A stretch of DNA of 46,041 nucleotides, taken from assembly GCA_040081205.1 (NCBI GenBank), contig JBEBHE010000001.1, positions 1-46,041 on the forward strand, given 5' to 3'. The notes beneath the pieces were generated by a model. It worked only from the letters and a program-made list of their open reading frames with translations. It made no database searches and was not told the origin of the DNA. The stretch comes from Burkholderiales bacterium (GTDB taxonomy: Bacteria > Pseudomonadota > Gammaproteobacteria > Burkholderiales > SG8-41). Every line of letters begins with the position of its first letter. The stretch's first letter is position 1. The position numbers were made by a program, and so were the translations under genes. Positions 8,406 through 16,739 of this stretch are shown here, one piece after another.

Positions 8406-9218
8406 ATGGAAACAATCCGCGAAAAAAACCATTTGCGACTGGTAAAGTCATCCTTTCAATCCGGTTTAGCCATGGTAAGGCAGCCACCGGCACCCGCAAC
8501 AGTACCCGCGCGATCTTACAGCGCCTACTACCAGCGTATTGAGCGCTACGCGCACCGTATCCGCAAGACAGACAACGTGATGTCCATCATCGATATTCTC
8601 GATCAGGCATTGACTGAAACGCGCGCGCTGGAGAACCACGGCGACGGCCAGATTGCCCCCGGAAAAATCACCCATGCGGAACTGGAAATACAGTCACTGA
8701 AGACGGAACTGGAACAACTGCGCGGGCTCGTCCATGTCGATCATTTGACCGGCATGCAGAACCGCGGCGGACTCAACGACAGTTTTGCGCGCGAAGCCGC
8801 TCGCGCCGACCGCGCCGGCACGCTGCTGGCAGTTGCTTTGCTGGACATCGACGATTTTAAATCGCTGAATGACCAGTATGGCCATCAAGCCGGCGACGAC
8901 GCGCTCGTACATCTGGCCAGCATCATACGCGGGGCCATGAGGCCCAGCGATATCGTGGTGCGATTTGGCGGCGAGGAGTTTCTTTTTGTGCTGCCCGACG
9001 CGAATGCGGAACAAGCCGTGCAGGCCTTGCTGCGCATACAGCATGACCTCGACCGGCAACCCCTGATCCACCGCGGCCAAGAAATCACGTTGACCTTTAG
9101 CGCGGGTATCGCGATCCGCAGCGACAACGAAAGCCGCGATGCGGTTATCGCGCGTGCCGATGCGGCGATGTACATGGCCAAACGCGCCGGCAAGCGGCAA
9201 GTCTGCAAAGCGCACTAA
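8406..9218 (+). CDS. Diguanylate cyclase (GGEEF), short N-terminal coiled-coil
   Basis: ORF track 8364..9218 (TTG); ATG 8406 (METIREKNH...) preferred but the start is uncertain. HLTGMQNRGGL...ALLDIDDFKSLNDQYGHQAGDDAL...RPSDIVVRFGGEEFLFVL...ADAAMYMAKRAGKRQV. Confidence 0.88.
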   Translation: METIREKNHLRLVKSSFQSGLAMVRQPPAPATVPARSYSAYYQRIERYAHRIRKTDNVMSIIDILDQALTETRALENHGDGQIAPGKITHAELEIQSLKTELEQLRGLVHVDHLTGMQNRGGLNDSFAREAARADRAGTLLAVALLDIDDFKSLNDQYGHQAGDDALVHLASIIRGAMRPSDIVVRFGGEEFLFVLPDANAEQAVQALLRIQHDLDRQPLIHRGQEITLTFSAGIAIRSDNESRDAVIARADAAMYMAKRAGKRQVCKAH

Positions 9219-9399
9219 CATCGCCTCCGCAACTGGCGTGCCCCATGCTGAAAATGCCGCCATTCGTAAATTATAAAATTAATGTTTAAAAACAAGTAGT
9301 TAAATTTTTTATCCTCAGATCAAACTGATAAATGTTCGCGCAAAACGAAAACAGCCGCCTCGCTTTGAGTGCCGCAGAAAAGCTTTGTCAAGACAAAGC

Positions 9400-9427
9400 T
9401 AAAGTCCGCCGGGGGTAGTGCCGTAAT
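9400..9427 (+). promoter_or_regulatory. Sigma-28 (FliA)-type promoter of fliC
   Basis: TAAAGTCC (9400-9407), 12-nt spacer, GCCGTAAT (9420-9427), about 90 nt upstream of the fliC ATG. Flagellin genes are the classic sigma-28 targets. Confidence 0.7.
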
Positions 9428-9517
9428 TGCCTATGACGGCGGTTCACGCCTTTGGGCGCGCCAGACCAAAGTCACGGCAAAGAGCCGCTCACATTTAACT
9501 GCCCCAAGGAGAATCAA

Positions 9518-10978
9518 ATGCCGCAAACCATTAATACCAACATCGCATCACTGAACGCACAACGCAACCTCAACACCTCGCAGTCTTCCCTCGCGATGTC
9601 GCTGCAACGCCTGTCCACCGGCTTGCGCATCAACAGCGCCAAAGACGATGCCGCAGGTCTCGCGATATCCGAGCGCTTCACCGCCCAGATTCGCGGTCTG
9701 AATCAGGCCGCGCGCAACGCCAACGACGGCATCTCCCTGGCGCAAACCGCTGAAGGCGCGCTGGGCGAAATAGGCAACAACCTGCAACGTATCCGCGAAC
9801 TGGCGGTGCAATCGGCCAACGGCACCAATAACGCCAGCGACCGGGCTTCGCTCGATGCGGAATCGGCTCAGCTGATCGCCGAGATCACGCGTGTTGCCAG
9901 CCAGACCTCATTCAACGGCACAACGCTGCTGGACGGCAGTTTCACTTCGCAAACCTTCCAAGTCGGCGCCAATGCCAACCAGACGATTGCCGTCTCTTCA
10001 ATCTCCGATTCACGCGCAACCGGCCTGGGTAGCAATATCCTGGTCGCGGGCGGCACACTGATGGGAGCCACCAAGGCAGCAGCAGCCGACTTGACCGGCG
10101 GCAACACCGTCGCTATCGAAGCCGGCCTGACCATCAACACCGTCAACGGCGGCACCACCGCAGCGTTTGGATATGCGGCACTTTCCGATGCCAAAGCCAT
10201 CGCCGCCGCCATCAACACCAACGCCGCCGCCGTCGGCGTCACCGCAACCGCATCGAACAGCGCAACGTTCAGCGGCGTTTCCGCGGCCGGCACGGTGAGC
10301 TTCACGCTCAACGGCAGCGCAATCTCGGCGGCAGTAACAGACCCTACCGACCTCACGGCGCTGATGGGCGCCATTAACGGCGCGGCGGGTACCAGTGGCG
10401 TGACCGCCACCTTCACGACGACCTCGGCGAAGAACAGCCTCACCCTGTCGACCACCGACGGGCGCGATATCAGCGTCCTGAACTACGCCAACACGTCCGC
10501 GGTCGTCGGCGATACGGCTTCGTTCTCTGGTGTAACGCTGACCGAAGGCGGTAACGATTCCTCGATCAAAACCGGATCGGTGTCGCTCGACAGCAGCAAA
10601 GGCGCCATCACGCTGGCAGGACACAACGCGGACACGTTCAATACCGCAACCAGCACGTTTTCATCCATGGCCGGTGTCAGCCTCACCAGCGCCGCCAATT
10701 CCCAGCTCGCCATCGCAGTGGTTGACGCGGCATTGAGCCAGATCAACACCGCACGCGGCGACCTGGGTGCCTATCAGAACCGTTTCACGTCGGCGATTGC
10801 CAACCTGCAAACGACGTCTGAGAACTTGTCCGCCTCACGCAGCCGTATTCAGGACGCGGACTTCGCGGCGGAAACCGCGAATCTGACACGCGGTCAGATA
10901 CTGCAACAGGCCGGCGTGGCGATGCTGGCGCAAGCCAACGCGTTGCCGAACAACGTACTGTCATTACTCCGCGGTTAA
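9518..10978 (+). CDS. fliC: Flagellin
   Basis: ORF track 9452..10978 trimmed to ATG 9518, preceded by AAGGAGA (about 9506-9512). N-terminus MPQTINTNIASLNAQRNLNTSQSSL...LSTGLRINSAKDDAAGLAISERF and C-terminus ...RGQILQQAGVAMLAQANALPNNVLSLLRG are canonical D0/D1. The Ala/Thr/Gly/Ser-rich middle holds two AINxxAxxxGVTAT (flagellin-IN-like) motifs. Confidence 0.97.
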   Translation: MPQTINTNIASLNAQRNLNTSQSSLAMSLQRLSTGLRINSAKDDAAGLAISERFTAQIRGLNQAARNANDGISLAQTAEGALGEIGNNLQRIRELAVQSANGTNNASDRASLDAESAQLIAEITRVASQTSFNGTTLLDGSFTSQTFQVGANANQTIAVSSISDSRATGLGSNILVAGGTLMGATKAAAADLTGGNTVAIEAGLTINTVNGGTTAAFGYAALSDAKAIAAAINTNAAAVGVTATASNSATFSGVSAAGTVSFTLNGSAISAAVTDPTDLTALMGAINGAAGTSGVTATFTTTSAKNSLTLSTTDGRDISVLNYANTSAVVGDTASFSGVTLTEGGNDSSIKTGSVSLDSSKGAITLAGHNADTFNTATSTFSSMAGVSLTSAANSQLAIAVVDAALSQINTARGDLGAYQNRFTSAIANLQTTSENLSASRSRIQDADFAAETANLTRGQILQQAGVAMLAQANALPNNVLSLLRG

Positions 10979-10990
10979 CCTCGCACCTAA

Positions 10991-11021
10991 CCCGGCCGGC
11001 CTCCCGCCGGCCGGGTTTTTT
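10991..11021 (+). terminator. Rho-independent terminator after fliC
   Basis: CCCGGCCGG (10991-10999), 7-nt loop, CCGGCCGGG (11007-11015), then TTTTTT (11016-11021). Begins 13 nt after the fliC stop. Confidence 0.8.
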
Positions 11022-11033
11022 CACCAGAGATTG

Positions 11034-11062
11034 TTTTACCAACCCCGCGCGGGTTGGTAAAA
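11034..11062 (+). other. Second perfect 12-bp hairpin between the fliC terminator and flaG (function unknown)
   Basis: TTTTACCAACCC (11034-11045), loop CGCGC, GGGTTGGTAAAA (11051-11062). No U-tract follows on either strand. Confidence 0.5.
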
Positions 11063-11083
11063 CAAGTTCAGGACATACATGAT

Positions 11084-11407
11084 ATGTTGACCAACGCAAT
11101 CCATCCTTCGTACCCGGCGGCCGCCTCGCCGGTCAAGCCGGACAATGTGGCAAACGTCGCGCCTGCGTCGCCAGTCGCAGACGATAAATTGTCCATGCAC
11201 GAAGCAATCTCCATCGCCAACAAAGCCATGCGTTCGCTGTCGAACGGACTCGAATTCAGCCTTGACGCCGAATCGGGAAAAATGGTGGTGCGTGTGGTTG
11301 ACAGTGAGACCCAACAGGTTATCCGCCAGATTCCATCAGAAGAAATGTTGGTTATCGCACGCGCGCTTGACCACATGCAGGGTCTGCTGGTCAACCGCAA
11401 CGCGTAA
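11084..11407 (+). CDS. flaG: FlaG-family flagellar protein
   Basis: ORF track 11054..11407 trimmed to ATG 11084. C-terminal LEFSLDAESGKMVVRVVDSETQQVIRQIPSEEMLVIARAL is the FlaG signature. Sits between fliC and fliD. Confidence 0.88.
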   Translation: MLTNAIHPSYPAAASPVKPDNVANVAPASPVADDKLSMHEAISIANKAMRSLSNGLEFSLDAESGKMVVRVVDSETQQVIRQIPSEEMLVIARALDHMQGLLVNRNA

Positions 11408-11446
11408 TGTGAAATGTGTAATGCGCGTAACTCAGGATAATTTGTA

Positions 11447-13426
11447 ATGGCACTCTCCTCCGCGGGCGTGGGATCCGGACTGGATGTCAACAGTCTGGTC
11501 AGCCAACTCATGGCGCTGGAGAGCCGACCGCTGACCGTCCTGGCTACCAAAGAAGCGAAATTCCAGACACAACTGACGGCGTACGGCAGTCTGAAAGGCG
11601 CGCTGTCCGCGTTCCAGAGTTCGGTGGCGGCATTGTCCACACCGGCAAAATTTTCCGCCGTCAATGCCAGTGTCGGCGACACAGCCGTTGCGTCGGCCAC
11701 TGCGACCTCGGCCGCGACGGCAGGCAGTTATGCGCTCGAAGTCCAAGCGCTGGCGCAGGCGCACAAGCTCAAATCCGCGGCGTTCACGGCCACCACTACC
11801 GACATCGGCACCGGCACGCTGACCATTCAATTCGGCACCTACACCGCCGGCGTATTCGCGCTCAATGCCGACAAGGCGGTACAAACCATCAGTATCGATG
11901 CCGGAAAGTCGTCGCTGGCCGGCGTGCGCGACGCCATCAATAGCGCCAACGCCGGCGTCACCGCCAGTATCGTCAACGACGGCACCGGCAATCGTCTGGT
12001 CATCGCGTCAAAGGACAGCGGCGTTGCCAACGCGCTCAAGATTACAGTGGCAGACGACGATCTGGCCCATACCGATAACACCGGACTATCGCAACTGGCG
12101 TACGATGCCTCCACCGGCGGCACGATGAATCTCACGCAGACCGTTGCCGCGCAAAACGCCGCGCTGGTGGTTGATGGCATCGCCATCAGCAAAGCCTCGA
12201 ATACTATCAGCGACGCGCTGGAAGGCGTGACACTGAATCTGCTTAAGGTCAATACGCCTGCCGCCACCACACTGACCGTCAGCCGCGATAACGCCGGCGT
12301 CCAGTCAGCGGTGCAGTCTTTCGTCAAGGCCTACAATGACCTCAATAAGACCATCACCGATCTGTCGAAATACGACGCAGCAACCAAAAGGGCATCGACG
12401 CTGACGGGTGAAGTGACGCTGCGCTCTGTGCAGACGCAGTTGCGCGGGGTATTCAATACCGCACTACCGAGCGCCAGCGGCGGTTTGAGCGCGCTGGCGG
12501 ATATCGGCGTTACGTTTCAGAAAGACGGCACGCTCAAGCTCGATTCAAGCAAACTGAACACGGCCCTGAACGACGCCACCAAAAATGTGGCATCGTTATT
12601 TGCCCTGACCGCCACGCCCACCGACAGCCTGGTTAAATACCTCGGTTCGGCTGCGGACACCAAGGATGGCGCGTTCCTTCTGAATGTCAGCCAGATCGCT
12701 ACGCAGGGCCGGGCGACAGGCGGCAGTGCAGCGGCGCTGACTATCAGCGCGGGGATTAACGATACGCTGAACGTGACCGTGGATAGCGTCGCCACAACCG
12801 TAACCCTCGCCGCAGGCGTTTATACGGCAGCCACACTGATCGCCGAACTCCAATCCAAAGTGAATAGCACGACCGCACTGTCCGCGGCCGGCATCACCGT
12901 GTCCGTTACCGAGGCAGCAGGCGTGCTGAGTATGACATCGAATCGTTATGGGTCTGCTTCGACCGTAGCCATCACCGGAGGATCGGCGGCGACAGATCTG
13001 TTCGGCACGCAAATCGAAACCGCAGGCGTTGATGTCGCCGGCACTATCGGCGGCGTCGCAGCGGTCGGATCCGGGCAGACACTCACCGGCGCAGGCGAAG
13101 CCAGCGGACTCGCACTGCATGTAGCGGGCGGAACACTCGGCTTTCGCGGCTCGGTCAATCACATGCGGGGCTACGCTCACACGCTGGACAGGCTGGTGGG
13201 AAAAATGCTCGAGAATGACAGCCTGCTGGATGGCCGCATCGACGGCATTAACGCATCGATCAAACAGATAGAAACGCAACGCACTGCGCTGGCACGGCGA
13301 CTGGAAAGTGTTGAAAAACGCTATCGCGCACAATTTACGGCGCTGGACACCATGATCGCCAGCATGAGTAAAACGAGCGCCTTCCTGACACAACAGCTGG
13401 CAAGCCTTCCCAAAGCGGGCGGCTAG
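11447..13426 (+). CDS. fliD: Flagellar filament cap protein
   Basis: ORF track, 659 aa. MALSSAGVGSGLDVNSLVSQLMALESRPL...KFQTQLTAYGSLKGALSAFQ; C-terminal ...RYRAQFTALDTMIASMSKTSAFLTQQL. Confidence 0.96.
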   Translation: MALSSAGVGSGLDVNSLVSQLMALESRPLTVLATKEAKFQTQLTAYGSLKGALSAFQSSVAALSTPAKFSAVNASVGDTAVASATATSAATAGSYALEVQALAQAHKLKSAAFTATTTDIGTGTLTIQFGTYTAGVFALNADKAVQTISIDAGKSSLAGVRDAINSANAGVTASIVNDGTGNRLVIASKDSGVANALKITVADDDLAHTDNTGLSQLAYDASTGGTMNLTQTVAAQNAALVVDGIAISKASNTISDALEGVTLNLLKVNTPAATTLTVSRDNAGVQSAVQSFVKAYNDLNKTITDLSKYDAATKRASTLTGEVTLRSVQTQLRGVFNTALPSASGGLSALADIGVTFQKDGTLKLDSSKLNTALNDATKNVASLFALTATPTDSLVKYLGSAADTKDGAFLLNVSQIATQGRATGGSAAALTISAGINDTLNVTVDSVATTVTLAAGVYTAATLIAELQSKVNSTTALSAAGITVSVTEAAGVLSMTSNRYGSASTVAITGGSAATDLFGTQIETAGVDVAGTIGGVAAVGSGQTLTGAGEASGLALHVAGGTLGFRGSVNHMRGYAHTLDRLVGKMLENDSLLDGRIDGINASIKQIETQRTALARRLESVEKRYRAQFTALDTMIASMSKTSAFLTQQLASLPKAGG

Positions 13427-13450
13427 TAACAACAACCCAAGGAGAAAACA

Positions 13451-13912
13451 GTGTTCGCAGCCACCAAGAACCCGCTTTCCGTCTATCAGCGCGTATGCGT
13501 CGAAACAGGCGTACCAGCCGCCGATCCGCACAAGCTCGTGCTAATGCTGTACGAAGGCGCACTGCTGGCGCTGTCCGATGCGCAGCTTCATATGATACGG
13601 CGCGAAACCGCCGACAAGGGCCGTGCGCTGTCCAAAGCAATCATGATTATCGACGGAGGATTGAAAGCGAGCCTTGACATCAAAGCCGGTGGCGAACTAG
13701 GGGACCGGTTGGCCGCGCTGTACGACTACATGTGCGACCGCTTGCTTCATGCCAATCTGCATAACCGGCCTGAAATCATTGAAGAGGTTCGTCAGTTACT
13801 GACGGAATTACGCAGCGCCTGGGAACAGATCAACCCGAACACCGCACCTGCGCCGTCATCGGCGCGTTACGTCACCAGCTTGTCGTCACCGCCCGCCACA
13901 GTCATGGCATGA
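13451..13912 (+). CDS. fliS: Flagellin export chaperone
   Basis: ORF track, 153 aa. GTG start preceded by AAGGAGA. YQRVCVETGVPAADPHKLVLMLYEGALLALSDA...KALSKAIMIIDGGLKASLD...LAALYDYMCDRLLHANL. Confidence 0.93.
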   Translation: MFAATKNPLSVYQRVCVETGVPAADPHKLVLMLYEGALLALSDAQLHMIRRETADKGRALSKAIMIIDGGLKASLDIKAGGELGDRLAALYDYMCDRLLHANLHNRPEIIEEVRQLLTELRSAWEQINPNTAPAPSSARYVTSLSSPPATVMA

Positions 13913-14244
13913 AACCCATGGACAACGATCAAATCATTGCTATTTACGAAGACGCGTCCGACATCACCCGCAAGATGCTGGCCGCGGCGCGTGCGAGCGA
14001 CTGGGATCTGCTGGTCGAGCACGAAAAAGCATGCGCCGCGAGACTCGCGGTATTACTCTCGGATCAACCCATACAGTCGCAGAATCCCGTTTTTCAGCAA
14101 CGCAAAGGGGCCTTGATTCGAGCTATGCTCGATGATGACACGCAAATTCGCATGCTGGTCGAACCCTGGCTTGTAAAATTAACCACGCTGATCGGCAGCG
14201 CGCGGCAGCAATCACGCCTTCACCAATCCTACAACGCCATGTGA
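13909..14244 (+). CDS. fliT: FliT-like flagellar chaperone
   Basis: ORF track, 111 aa. 4-nt overlap with fliS. ...ARASDWDLLVEHEKACAARL... and ...LTTLIGSARQQSRLHQSY parallel Salmonella FliT (RGEWDLLLQQE...LSSLIGQSTRQKSLNNAY). Confidence 0.8.
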   Translation: MKPMDNDQIIAIYEDASDITRKMLAAARASDWDLLVEHEKACAARLAVLLSDQPIQSQNPVFQQRKGALIRAMLDDDTQIRMLVEPWLVKLTTLIGSARQQSRLHQSYNAM

Positions 14245-14277
14245 CAAGCTTACGCATTGTCGAATCGTTAGCGAGCC

Positions 14278-15279
14278 ATGCTTAATCGCCTTGCAGATCG
14301 TGTACGCCTGCGCGCCAGCGCAGGTGCGCCAGCAGCACCTGTGCATGCCATCACGTCCACTACGCCCCGTGAATTTCTGGTGGGTGAAGAAGTGCGCGCA
14401 CAAGTCGACTCCACTCAGCGAGGCGGATTATTCAGGGTTCTGATTGAAAACCGGCCCTATTTGCTGCGCCTGCCTATCAACGCAAAATCCGGGGACACGA
14501 TTCTACTTACCGTTACTGCGCGCGATCCCAAGCTCCAATTCGAAATGAACGAATATCCGAGTGCGTCTGCGCCAACCGCTCGATTAAGCGACGCAGCCCG
14601 CTTCATAACTGCCTTGTTGGCCGAAAGCGAGAAAATGCCGCTTGCTGCCACGGCGCTGACCGGTGTGCCCCTGCTGTCCGGGGCGCCAACCAACGCCGGG
14701 GTACTGGCATCGGCACTCGGCAACGCACTTGCCGAAAGCGGCATGTTTTATGAGTCACACCTGGCGCAGTGGGTTGCCGATGAGCGGTCACTGGCGCGCC
14801 TGCGTCACGAACCGCAGGCGCAATTATCGCCTTCTACAGACACAACCGGCATTACCGTACAATCGAGCACAGGCGATATACATGTCGTGGCGAGCGCAAT
14901 GGAATTGCCGGTACACCGGGATGCCTTGCCCATTGTCAGACAGCAACTCGAAACACTCGATACTGGACATGTCGCATGGTGTGGAATGGTATGGGCCGGA
15001 CAGTACATGGAGTGGCATGTCAGCGATCGCTCGTCGCACGCCCTCACGGCACCGCCGGAGCGACAGTGGCAGACCCATCTCACGCTCACGTTGCCACGAC
15101 TGGGTAACGTCAATGCAACGCTTTCCATCGGGAAACGAGGCGTCACCATTGCGGTTCACGCCAGCTCAGGTGATATCGTCTCATTACTCGCGGCGCATCG
15201 CGATTTACTTCAAGCTTCGCTGCGCGATACCGGCGTCAATCCGCTCGCGCTCACCATTGAATCCGATGGCAACACCTGA
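14278..15279 (+). CDS. Second FliK-like protein (C-terminal hook-length-control / T3S4-type domain)
   Basis: ORF track, 333 aa. C-terminus HLTLTLPRLGNVNATLSIGKRGVTIAVHASSGDIVSLLAAHRDLLQASLRDTGVNPLALTIES aligns by eye with the canonical FliK of this window (ELHVNPPDLGPLHIRLATDENQTSAIFTSPHSDVREAIEAALPRLREVLADSGITLGQASVTA). Also carries the motif GMFYESHLAQWV. Confidence 0.75.
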   Translation: MLNRLADRVRLRASAGAPAAPVHAITSTTPREFLVGEEVRAQVDSTQRGGLFRVLIENRPYLLRLPINAKSGDTILLTVTARDPKLQFEMNEYPSASAPTARLSDAARFITALLAESEKMPLAATALTGVPLLSGAPTNAGVLASALGNALAESGMFYESHLAQWVADERSLARLRHEPQAQLSPSTDTTGITVQSSTGDIHVVASAMELPVHRDALPIVRQQLETLDTGHVAWCGMVWAGQYMEWHVSDRSSHALTAPPERQWQTHLTLTLPRLGNVNATLSIGKRGVTIAVHASSGDIVSLLAAHRDLLQASLRDTGVNPLALTIESDGNT

Positions 15280-15544
15280 ACAACGCACCGCAGCAGTTGC
15301 ACTGGTGTACAACGACAAGGCGTCCGCACCACGTGTCGCGGCCAAGGGAAACGGTCTGGTTGCGGAAGCCATCATCCAGCGCGCAAGAGCGGCGGGAATT
15401 TATGTTCATGAATCCCCGGCACTCGTTTCACTGCTGATGCGGGTCGATCTCGATACGCATATCCCGTCCGAACTTTACACCGCGGTCGCGGAGCTGCTGG
15501 TATGGCTTTACAAAATAGAGCACATGCACGACGCGCAACCGTAG
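15266..15544 (+). CDS. FlhB C-terminal-domain-only protein (FlhX/YlqH-like, EscU/YscU/HrcU family)
   Basis: Last 92 codons of ORF 14663..15544, starting at ATG 15266: MATPEQRTAAVALVYNDKASAPRVAAKGNGLVAEAIIQRARAAGIYVHESPALVSLLMRVDLDTHIPSELYTAVAELLVWLYKIE. Collinear with FlhB just after its NPTH cleavage site (…AVALKY…APKVVAKGAG…ENPPLARALY…IPEELYQAVAEVLAYVY). Overlaps the FliK-like gene by 14 nt. Confidence 0.85.
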   Translation: MATPEQRTAAVALVYNDKASAPRVAAKGNGLVAEAIIQRARAAGIYVHESPALVSLLMRVDLDTHIPSELYTAVAELLVWLYKIEHMHDAQP

Positions 15545-15666
15545 CCGCCACCACGGCGCCCAATGGGATCCGGCCATGAATGGGAAAACACGGCAAATCG
15601 CCCCTCTATTTGCGGACCAGCGTTGGGCACTGCGCCGCTAGACTAGCAGGCATAAGGGGATCGACA

Positions 15667-16452
15667 ATGGGATCTATAACTACCATGCCAACCGCTTCAG
15701 CTGCCTATATCGAGCCTGCCATTGCAGGCCACGACAACCCGTTCATGGTGGCATCTCACCTTGAAATAACCCATATTCTGCACGCCATCCTGCGCGAGGC
15801 GACGCTGATAACCGTGACGCTCGACGTGAATGATTTTTTCCTCACATCGCTGCTGGTTATTGATGAACATACAAACTGCATGCTTCTCGAACGCGGCCGC
15901 GGCAGGCCGCACCTTTCCAATGCGCTGAAAAGCCGCCGGCTGTCGTACAGCACCACGCTGGACAAGGTGCAGATCCGATTTACCTGCGAAGGCATCGAAG
16001 CCACGACCTACGACGGCGTAGAAGTCTACAAAGTCCCTCTGCCGACGGAACTACTGCGGATACAACGACGCGAATACTATCGCGTGCCGACGCCAATAGT
16101 GGCGCCGGTCAAGTGCCGGATTTCCAATGCTGAAAACACCGGTGACGGCAGCGTAGAACTGAATCTTTGTGATATCAGTTGCGGCGGAATTGCCGTGCGA
16201 TCACAGCCCGCGATCTTCACCCCGGTATTGGGTGAGCGTTATTCATGCACTATTCATCTGCTCGCCACAACGGGTCTGCAAGTCATGACGCAAGCACGCA
16301 ATGCCTTTATGGTCACATTACTCAACGGCAAGATCATCCAGCGTTCGGGATTTGCATTCGTCGATCCGCCAGAACAAATACTGACCACTATTCAGCGCTA
16401 TATTCTGAATCTCGAACGCCAGCACAGAACACGGAGTGGGCGCAGTTTATAA
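15667..16452 (+). CDS. ycgR: YcgR-like flagellar brake protein (PilZN + PilZ c-di-GMP receptor)
   Basis: ORF track 15580..16452 trimmed to ATG 15667 (AAGGGGA upstream). PilZ motifs are intact: QRREYYRVPTP (RxxxR) and LCDISCGGIAV (DxSxxG). C-terminal RYILNLERQHR parallels E. coli YcgR RIIFSLEREAR. Confidence 0.85.
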   Translation: MGSITTMPTASAAYIEPAIAGHDNPFMVASHLEITHILHAILREATLITVTLDVNDFFLTSLLVIDEHTNCMLLERGRGRPHLSNALKSRRLSYSTTLDKVQIRFTCEGIEATTYDGVEVYKVPLPTELLRIQRREYYRVPTPIVAPVKCRISNAENTGDGSVELNLCDISCGGIAVRSQPAIFTPVLGERYSCTIHLLATTGLQVMTQARNAFMVTLLNGKIIQRSGFAFVDPPEQILTTIQRYILNLERQHRTRSGRSL

Positions 16453-16739
16453 ATGCGTGTTCGATACGTCCGGCAAAGGCAGCTAAACACCGCCGTAAAG
16501 TCGTTTTCCCGAATGACACCTTGCCCGAGCCACGCGACGCTCGCTTCAGAAATCCTGTCGAATATTTTGTATAACCGCAGATACCCCACTATATTGAGTA
16601 TGCCTTCGTCCCCGGCGAGTACGCTTTGATTAGCCGGTGTTCTCTACGTAAAAGAAATATTGGCACCGTCAGAACGAAGCAGCGACGGGTTTCCCTGCCG
16701 GCTACTGGGTGCCGCGAACCGCGTCCGCAGCAAATCGAC

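Noticed and set aside
12596-13531. 311-aa minus-strand ORF antisense to fliD/fliS. Similar long antisense ORFs occur at 8694-9263, 9868-10624, 11068-11884, 29417-30034, 31271-32092, 40619-41128 and 43026-43729.
   Set aside because: Each lies wholly inside a confidently identified gene on the other strand. They have Arg/Ala/Gly/Cys-heavy composition with no recognisable motif, as expected for shadow ORFs in GC-rich DNA.
14663-15265. N-terminal 201 codons of track ORF 14663..15544
   Set aside because: This stretch is out of frame with, and entirely inside, the FliK-like gene, and its sequence is Cys/Arg/Trp-rich nonsense. Only the last 92 codons, from ATG 15266, resemble a real protein (FlhB-C-like).
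16453-16739. Convergent 287-nt spacer whose minus strand reads ...LAGDEGILNIVGYLRLYKIFDRISE..., faintly like a CBS-pair/CorC-type segment; possible gene remnant
   Set aside because: The similarity is vague. The frame is bounded by a stop 18 codons upstream, has no start, and neighbouring frames give nothing recognisable. It cannot be supported without a database search.
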